A DNA stretch of 64,000 nucleotides from a virus. Position numbers and translations under genes: made by a program. The DNA lies in the IMG/VR virus record IMGVR_UViG_3300023109_002988, positions 1-64,000 of that record, one strand, 5' to 3'. The stretch's first letter is position 1. Each line of letters opens with the position of its first letter. Of this stretch, positions 58,176-64,000 are shown piece after piece. The notes beneath the pieces were generated by a model. That model did no database searches, had not been told where the DNA came from, and worked only from the letters and a program-made list of their open reading frames with translations.

Positions 58176-58868
58176 ATGATAACAATATGCATAACAACAT
58201 TTAATAGGTGCGAAAGGACCATTAAATCATTTATTTCTGTGGTTGATGATCCAAGAGTGTCAGAAATAGTTATTTGTGACGACTGCTCTGAAGATTTGAT
58301 TTTCAAAAAACTAAAGCAGAAAATAGAAACGATAAATAATGCTAAAATAAAACTTTTCAGAAACAAGGAGAACAAAGGGGCTTTTTTAAATAAGGTAGAA
58401 TCAATAAAAAAATGTTCTAACGATTGGGTTGCATTAATTGATTCTGATAATGAAATTGACATATCATATATAGATAACCTCCCAGAAAAGAAAGACAACA
58501 AAACTTTCTACTTTCCCTCTATAGCTGTTTGCTCTAGCCCCTATTTGAACTTCAGTGAATACGCTGGTATTTTTTTAGATAAAGATGCTTTTTGTCGTAT
58601 TATAGATGGAGCTTTGGCAAATACTGGTAACTATTTCTTTAATAGAAACACCTACTTAAAAGCTATAGAAAAAGAAAACAATTTAATAAACCCTTACGGC
58701 TTGTGTTCAGCTTACCCAGTTTGGTTGTGCTATAAATACATAGAAAAATTTAAAGTTAAAGTTGTAGAAGGATTACATTATAAACATGGCTTAGGCAAAG
58801 ATAGTTGGTACTTAGCAAATCAAAACAAGTCACTCGGATTAATTAATTTCTTCAGAAGAAACATATAA
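58176..58868 (+). CDS. Glycosyltransferase family 2-like
   Basis: ITICITTFNR..EIVICDDCS..WVALIDSDN. Confidence 0.85.
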   Translation: MITICITTFNRCERTIKSFISVVDDPRVSEIVICDDCSEDLIFKKLKQKIETINNAKIKLFRNKENKGAFLNKVESIKKCSNDWVALIDSDNEIDISYIDNLPEKKDNKTFYFPSIAVCSSPYLNFSEYAGIFLDKDAFCRIIDGALANTGNYFFNRNTYLKAIEKENNLINPYGLCSAYPVWLCYKYIEKFKVKVVEGLHYKHGLGKDSWYLANQNKSLGLINFFRRNI

Positions 58869-58872
58869 AATA

Positions 58873-59442
58873 ATGGCATACGGGAAAGAAAAAAAAACAC
58901 ACCTAGGTGGTTATATTATAAATATAACAGATCACGGAGATCCTAATAGTTATGCTACCGAAGTCTGGGATGAAATGATCAGCGCTGGTATCAAATCTGT
59001 TTTAGATATAGGTTGTGGAGAAGGTCACTCCACTAAATATTTTTTAAACAAAGGAATAAAGTGCATTGGCGTCGAAGGCGGAGAAATAGCGTATAACAAC
59101 TCTCCAGTTAAAAACAATTTAGTTCTACACGATTATACAGAAGGTCCTTTTGTGCCTATCGATAAATTTGATGCGGCTTGGTGTTGTGAATTTGTTGAAC
59201 ATGTAGATGAAAAATACTGTCAAAACTTTTTAGATAGCTTTTCCAAATGCGATTTCATATTTATGACACACGCAAACATTGGTCAAGAAGGCTATCATCA
59301 TGTTAATTGTCAAAACTCTGAATATTGGATCGAAAAAATCGAAAAGATCGGGTTTCGTTTTTCTCCTGAAATGACAAATCACTATAAAAACTTTTCTCCA
59401 CAATGTATGCATCTAAAAAACCTAATTGTATTTAAAAAATGA
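58873..59442 (+). CDS. SAM-dependent methyltransferase
   Basis: SVLDIGCGEG..EFVEHV..GQEGYHHVNCQ..YW. Confidence 0.85.
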   Translation: MAYGKEKKTHLGGYIINITDHGDPNSYATEVWDEMISAGIKSVLDIGCGEGHSTKYFLNKGIKCIGVEGGEIAYNNSPVKNNLVLHDYTEGPFVPIDKFDAAWCCEFVEHVDEKYCQNFLDSFSKCDFIFMTHANIGQEGYHHVNCQNSEYWIEKIEKIGFRFSPEMTNHYKNFSPQCMHLKNLIVFKK

Positions 59443-59951
59443 ATTTAGATACCGAAAGAATGACTGGCTTTGGTGCTTATAGCGTTGATGGATATGATGT
59501 GAATTATTTATTCGGTCTTCGGGATTTATGTGAAGATTTTCTATCTAATGAAAGTCATGTATTAGAGTTGGGTTGTAATGACGGAGTCAGTACAAGATTA
59601 TTTTCTGAGTATGCCAATGAAGTTACAGCTGTTGACATCAACTTGACAAAAAAGTTCAAATCACTTTTAAATGATTCTGTTAATGTAAAATTTCACCATT
59701 TAGACTTCGATTTATTTTTTAAAAAAAATACCAATAAATATGATTTAATATATATAGACGGACCACATGATTACTCTTCAGTAAAAAGCCATATAGAAGA
59801 TTGTAAAAAGATCATAAAAAAACACGGGGTGATATGTGGTCACGATTACCACTCTAAAGTTGGTGTGATTGAAGCCGTTAACGAATCTTTTGGTAAAGAA
59901 AACATTAAAATTTACTCAGATAGTTCTTGGGCGGTAACGAATATAGTATGA
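59439..59951 (+). CDS. SAM-dependent methyltransferase (Methyltransf_24-like)
   Basis: VLELGC..G.ST..DLIYIDGPHDY..V..ICGHDY. Confidence 0.85.
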   Translation: MNLDTERMTGFGAYSVDGYDVNYLFGLRDLCEDFLSNESHVLELGCNDGVSTRLFSEYANEVTAVDINLTKKFKSLLNDSVNVKFHHLDFDLFFKKNTNKYDLIYIDGPHDYSSVKSHIEDCKKIIKKHGVICGHDYHSKVGVIEAVNESFGKENIKIYSDSSWAVTNIV

Positions 59952-60718
59952 TAATTATTAAAATACATGGTGGTTTGTGTAACCAGCTTTTTCAGTGGGC
60001 TTATGGATATGCTTTATCAAAAGAGCATGAGGTTTATTTTGACACATCGTTTTTTAATAGTCAAGATATAATGTCTTCGGTATCTATCCGTGATTATGAA
60101 TTACCCAATATAATCAACAGAGAAATACCAATAGTTACAAAAGAAATCTTTGAGGATTTTTCATCTAAGAGCGTACAAATGGTTCTTGATAACTTTTACT
60201 ACTCAAATATAAAATTCGAAAAAAATAAAAATTATTATTTAAATGGATATTGGCAGTCGGATTTGTTTTTTAACAATGTGAAGCAGGAGATTGTTGATTC
60301 GTTTAAATTTCCAGAAGTTGAACATTTTGATTTTAAATACTCATGTTCAATACATATAAGAAGAGGGGATTATTTAAAGCTTAAAGGAATACATACACAT
60401 CAGACTTTAGATTATTATGAGCAAGCTCTTGATGTTATAAAACCTAAGGGTAAAGTGTTTGTTTTTTCTGATGATATAGAATGGTGTGAGAAAAATCTAA
60501 ACTTCGAAAACCAGGTATTTATGAAAGGTAATTCTAACGTTAAAGATCTTAGACTCATGAGTTTGTGTTCTAACAATATAATGGCTAACAGTAGCTTTAG
60601 TTGGTGGGGAGCTTATTTAAACAATAATCCAAACAAAATTGTTGTCTGTCCTAAAAATTGGTTTGGTAACAATACCAATGACTCCGATATCAAAATGAAA
60701 GATTGGCTGGAAATATAG
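59948..60718 (+). CDS. Glycosyltransferase family 11 (alpha-1,2-fucosyltransferase-like)
   Basis: GGLCNQLFQ, GYWQS, HIRRGDY, FSDDIEWC, NSSFSWWGAYL. ATG at 59948 preferred. Confidence 0.92.
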   Translation: MIIIKIHGGLCNQLFQWAYGYALSKEHEVYFDTSFFNSQDIMSSVSIRDYELPNIINREIPIVTKEIFEDFSSKSVQMVLDNFYYSNIKFEKNKNYYLNGYWQSDLFFNNVKQEIVDSFKFPEVEHFDFKYSCSIHIRRGDYLKLKGIHTHQTLDYYEQALDVIKPKGKVFVFSDDIEWCEKNLNFENQVFMKGNSNVKDLRLMSLCSNNIMANSSFSWWGAYLNNNPNKIVVCPKNWFGNNTNDSDIKMKDWLEI

Positions 60719-60743
60719 ATGATTTGTTTTATTATATTTTGAT

Positions 60744-61772
60744 ATGAGTAAAGTAATTATAACAGGAGTAACGGGACAAGATGGTAGCCACATGGTTGAT
60801 TATTTATTGGCTAATACTGACATTGATGTAATTGCTGGTGTTCGTAGGCTTTCGGTTAAAAATCACGAAAACATTAAACACTTGTCAGACAACTCGCGGT
60901 TTAAATTGATCGATCTTGATATCACAGACCAGTCAAATGTAGATCGTGTTATAGCTAAAGAAAAACCAGACTTCTTTATTAACTTTGCTGCCAATTCATT
61001 CGTAGGAGTTAGTTGGGATATGCCAGAAAACCACATGAATACAAATTGCATGGCGGTTCTTTATCAATTGGAAGCTATACGCAAGCACTGTCCAGATTGC
61101 CGTTATTACAATGCTGGTTCATCCGAAGAGTTTGGTAACGTAGTTACTGTCCCACAGGACGAGACTCACCCACTGCGCCCTAGAAGCCCTTACGGAGCAT
61201 CTAAAGCTGCTGCAAGACATCTAGTTAAAGTTTGGCGTGAAAGTTACAATTTATACGCTATTCAAGGTTGGCTATTTAATCACGAAGGAACAAGAAGGGG
61301 TGAGGAATTTCTTACCCGCAAAGTCACTAAAGGCGTCGCCAAAATTGTACAGCAGATCAGAGAGGGTAAAACGCCCACACCCATTGAGCTTGGCAATCTA
61401 GAAGCAAAAAGAGATTGGTCAGATGCAGAGGATTTTGTGGATGGCATTTGGTTGATGCTTAACCAAGAAGAGCCGAAAGAATATGTATTAGCCTCTGGTG
61501 AGACATATACTATTCGTGAGTTCGTAGAGGCCGCTTTTGGCTTTGCTGGGTTTGGTGCAGAAGAGTGTCATTGGGATGGTCAAGGTGTTGACCAAAAATA
61601 TATTCACGGAGATCAAGTGCTTGTAACAATTAATCCAAAATACTATCGACCAGCTGAAGTTAACTTATTGCTTGGTGATCCTAGTCTTGCAGAAAAGGAA
61701 ATGGGTTGGGTAAGAAAAACCGACTTTTATGGCTTAGTAAAAAAGATGGTTGACAAAGATATTAATCTTTGA
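60744..61772 (+). CDS. gmd: GDP-mannose 4,6-dehydratase
   Basis: ITGVTGQDGS, SSEEFG, PRSPYGASK, LFNHE..RG..F.TRK, GNL.AKRDW, RPAEV.LL.GD. Confidence 0.95.
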   Translation: MSKVIITGVTGQDGSHMVDYLLANTDIDVIAGVRRLSVKNHENIKHLSDNSRFKLIDLDITDQSNVDRVIAKEKPDFFINFAANSFVGVSWDMPENHMNTNCMAVLYQLEAIRKHCPDCRYYNAGSSEEFGNVVTVPQDETHPLRPRSPYGASKAAARHLVKVWRESYNLYAIQGWLFNHEGTRRGEEFLTRKVTKGVAKIVQQIREGKTPTPIELGNLEAKRDWSDAEDFVDGIWLMLNQEEPKEYVLASGETYTIREFVEAAFGFAGFGAEECHWDGQGVDQKYIHGDQVLVTINPKYYRPAEVNLLLGDPSLAEKEMGWVRKTDFYGLVKKMVDKDINL

Positions 61773-61778
61773 TACTAT
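61750..61778 (+). promoter_or_regulatory. Sigma70 promoter TTGACA-N17-TACTAT
   Basis: Near-consensus; ATG at 61785 lies 6 nt after the -10. Confidence 0.7.
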
Positions 61779-61784
61779 CAACCT

Positions 61785-62243
61785 ATGCCCAGAGGAAAGA
61801 AACAATGTCCCGAATGCTCTTTGGAGTTTGGGGCAAGAAAATCCGTGTGCGATTGCGGCTACATATTTTCTAAGGCGGTTAAGAAAACCCCTAAAATCAA
61901 AACAGAGAAGAAAATAAACAAGCGCGAAATACTTTTTCGCCTTGTCGAAAAACCCAAGGAAAACAAAAGGTTTTTCTTCATGAGGGAAATGAAATTTCTC
62001 AACGACCTTAGTAGTCGTTATTCTCTTGAGTTTCTTGGTGTTGTCACTTTTCCTAAAAAGTTTAAGTCCCTAGCTTACTTGGTTAGCCCTAAACTAAAGG
62101 GTACCATGGATATAAAATGGAGAGCTTTCAATTACAAGGTTGACAAAAGTAAATATGAAGAGTACAATATAGGAGAAAAGATTGGACAAGATATAAACAT
62201 ACCTAGGCAAATTAAAACAACAAAAGATTTTTTAAATGAGTGA
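61785..62243 (+). CDS. Hypothetical with N-terminal zinc ribbon
   Basis: CPEC...CDCG. Confidence 0.65.
   Translation: MPRGKKQCPECSLEFGARKSVCDCGYIFSKAVKKTPKIKTEKKINKREILFRLVEKPKENKRFFFMREMKFLNDLSSRYSLEFLGVVTFPKKFKSLAYLVSPKLKGTMDIKWRAFNYKVDKSKYEEYNIGEKIGQDINIPRQIKTTKDFLNE
62140..62168 (+). promoter_or_regulatory. Sigma70 promoter TTGACA-N17-TACAAT upstream of recA
   Basis: Near-perfect consensus inside the preceding CDS. Confidence 0.7.
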
Positions 62244-63354
62244 TACAACAAATTCAAGCAACCTATTGGAAAGCTTTCTGAAAGCTAATAAACAAGATCA
62301 TTACAATTTCGAAGAAGAAATTGATTATAAAATATCAAGCGGATCACTTCAATTTGATCTGCACCTTGGAGGAGGTTTTGGTCCTGGACTGCACCGATTC
62401 TGTGGAATGAATGAAGGCGGAAAAACCTCCGAAGCTTTAGAGGTTACTAAAAACTTTCTATTAACACTTCCTAATTCCAAGGGTGTTTATTTTAAAGCTG
62501 AAGGTCGACTTTCTCCAGAAATGAAAAAAAGATCTGGTGTTAAGTTTGTAACTAAAACTGAAGATTGGGTCGAAGGCACTTGCTTTGTATTTGAATCAAA
62601 CATTTACGAAACAGTCGTAGATCTAATGAGGCAATTGGTCTCAAACAACGATGAAAAAACCAAGTATTGTTTCCTCCTTGATTCTGTAGATGGTCTCATC
62701 CTAAGGAACGATGTAGACAAATCTTTTGAGGATTCATCGAAGGTCGCTGGTGGCGCTGTTGTAGCGGGTACATTTATGAAGAAGATGTCAATTGCTCTAG
62801 CTAAAAGAGGACACATGGCAATATTTATATCGCAAGTCAGGGCTGACATTAAGTTGGATCCTTACAGTAAAGTTCCTATTAGACAAACAAGTGCAACTGG
62901 AGGTAATGCACTTCTTCACTTTGCTAATTGGATTATTGAGTTTGAGGCTAGATATAATAAAGACATGATTCTTAAGAACCCATCCATTAAGAAAATGGAC
63001 GCTCAAAAGAATCCAGCAGTTGGTCATTATGCAAGTGTAACAATTAAAAAGTCTCCTAATGAAAAAACCAATACAAGACTAACATATCCTGTTCGTTACG
63101 GCAGGACAGCTGGAACATCTATTTGGATCGAGAAAGAAATAGTTGACCTGTTATTTGCTTGGGAATTTCTAGTTAAAAAAGGTTCGTGGATTAAGACTAC
63201 GGAAGACTTCGTGGAACTTCTTTCTGAGAATAGTCTTGAGTTCCCAGAAAAAATCCAGGGCGAATCTAATGTATTTAAAGCTATTGAGAATGATGGTGAT
63301 CTCTCTGCTTTTCTTGTTGACTACTTCAAAAAAGCTATAGGTGAATTAACATGA
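62236..63354 (+). CDS. recA: RecA/UvsX-like recombinase
   Basis: ISSGSLQFDLHLGGG, GMNEGGKT, LLDSVDGL, FISQVR, GGNALLHFA. Confidence 0.85.
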   Translation: MSDTTNSSNLLESFLKANKQDHYNFEEEIDYKISSGSLQFDLHLGGGFGPGLHRFCGMNEGGKTSEALEVTKNFLLTLPNSKGVYFKAEGRLSPEMKKRSGVKFVTKTEDWVEGTCFVFESNIYETVVDLMRQLVSNNDEKTKYCFLLDSVDGLILRNDVDKSFEDSSKVAGGAVVAGTFMKKMSIALAKRGHMAIFISQVRADIKLDPYSKVPIRQTSATGGNALLHFANWIIEFEARYNKDMILKNPSIKKMDAQKNPAVGHYASVTIKKSPNEKTNTRLTYPVRYGRTAGTSIWIEKEIVDLLFAWEFLVKKGSWIKTTEDFVELLSENSLEFPEKIQGESNVFKAIENDGDLSAFLVDYFKKAIGELT

Positions 63355-63758
63355 AATTTTTAGATCCCCTAGGAAAAGAAAGAAATTTAAAGGGAGCTAA
63401 AAAATATTTAATAAACTGGGAGGAAAAAAGCCGAAGTAAGTTTCAAAAAAATGTTAAAGATTTCTTAAAAGACTACTGGTCTAACGACATAGTCTTTGAA
63501 GAATTTAGAATTGTTGGAACAAGGTTATCCTTGGACTTCTATAACGCCAATAAAAAAATAGCGGTAGAAGTCCAAGGTGATCAGCATGTTAGATATGTAA
63601 AGCACTTTCATAAAAACAGGCTGAAATATTTAGAACAATTAAAGAGAGATCAAAAGAAGCTTGACTTTTGTCAGATGAATGATATAAAGTTGGTAGAGGT
63701 CTATACCACAGATGAGATAAACGCATCTTTATTTAAAGATCAAGATATATATTTATGA
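63351..63758 (+). CDS. PD-(D/E)xK endonuclease (DUF559/Vsr-like)
   Basis: LDFY..KIAVEVQGDQH..RD..K..FC...I.LVEV. Confidence 0.75.
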   Translation: MKFLDPLGKERNLKGAKKYLINWEEKSRSKFQKNVKDFLKDYWSNDIVFEEFRIVGTRLSLDFYNANKKIAVEVQGDQHVRYVKHFHKNRLKYLEQLKRDQKKLDFCQMNDIKLVEVYTTDEINASLFKDQDIYL

Positions 63759-63985
63759 ATGTTGAAGACAATATAGAATTTGCGATACCAGAAAACTTTT
63801 TAGATAAGCTTTATGAGTTGACAGGTTCTGCTGACAAGTACAAGGGTTTTATCCTTGTTTATTCTGACGAGAAGGGGAATCCTATTATTTTTAATAAATG
63901 TGAATCTCACCTAATTGAGATGGGGCTTATTAGAACTGTCGAGTCTTACCTACAAGAACCAAAAACAAACAAACATGATTTATAA
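63755..63985 (+). CDS. Hypothetical protein
   Basis: 76-aa ORF with ATGA coupling. The next ORF (ATG 63975, MIYNLELE...) runs off the window. Confidence 0.6.
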   Translation: MNVEDNIEFAIPENFLDKLYELTGSADKYKGFILVYSDEKGNPIIFNKCESHLIEMGLIRTVESYLQEPKTNKHDL

Positions 63986-64000
63986 TTTAGAATTAGAGAA

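Noticed and set aside
1-64000. Alternative genetic code (stop reassignment)
   Set aside because: The standard code gives dense full-length genes up to 13 kb, and TAA, TAG and TGA all end genes at sensible places.
1-64000. tRNA/rRNA genes, integrase, transposase, tail sheath
   Set aside because: None recognised by eye, and intergenic gaps are too short except 51996-52411, where no cloverleaf was seen. tRNAscan would be needed to be certain.

Overview
The window is a contiguous, AT-rich segment of a large tailed dsDNA bacteriophage. No tail sheath gene is recognisable, so it is probably siphovirus-like. Bases 1-10.3 kb hold the packaging and head module: ERCC4-type nuclease, terminase, two AspH-like hydroxylases, portal, protease-scaffold, decoration protein and major capsid. 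Bases 10.3-15.5 kb are an opposite-strand block with a kinase, two paralogous tail-tube-like genes and neck genes. Bases 15.5-48.5 kb hold tail chaperones, a 3351-aa tape measure with unusual C-terminal repeats, and three tail proteins carrying BspA-type LRR arrays (615, 4393 and 1569 aa). Two of those LRR proteins begin with a copy of the tube-like domain. Bases 48.5-64 kb encode Hsp20, GT4, SSB, a sigma factor, a dNMP kinase, a palindrome-rich intergenic region, a class Id-like RNR, a glycan cassette (3x GT2, GT6, 2 methyltransferases, GT11, Gmd), RecA and a nuclease. The main novelty is a five-member tube-domain family in which some subunits carry giant modular LRR solenoids. Also notable are a putative phage late promoter (TTTCAY-N15-NTGTAW), apparently leaderless transcripts, and an A/H-antigen-like glycosylation cassette. 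All protein calls come from motif recognition by eye; no database searches were run.
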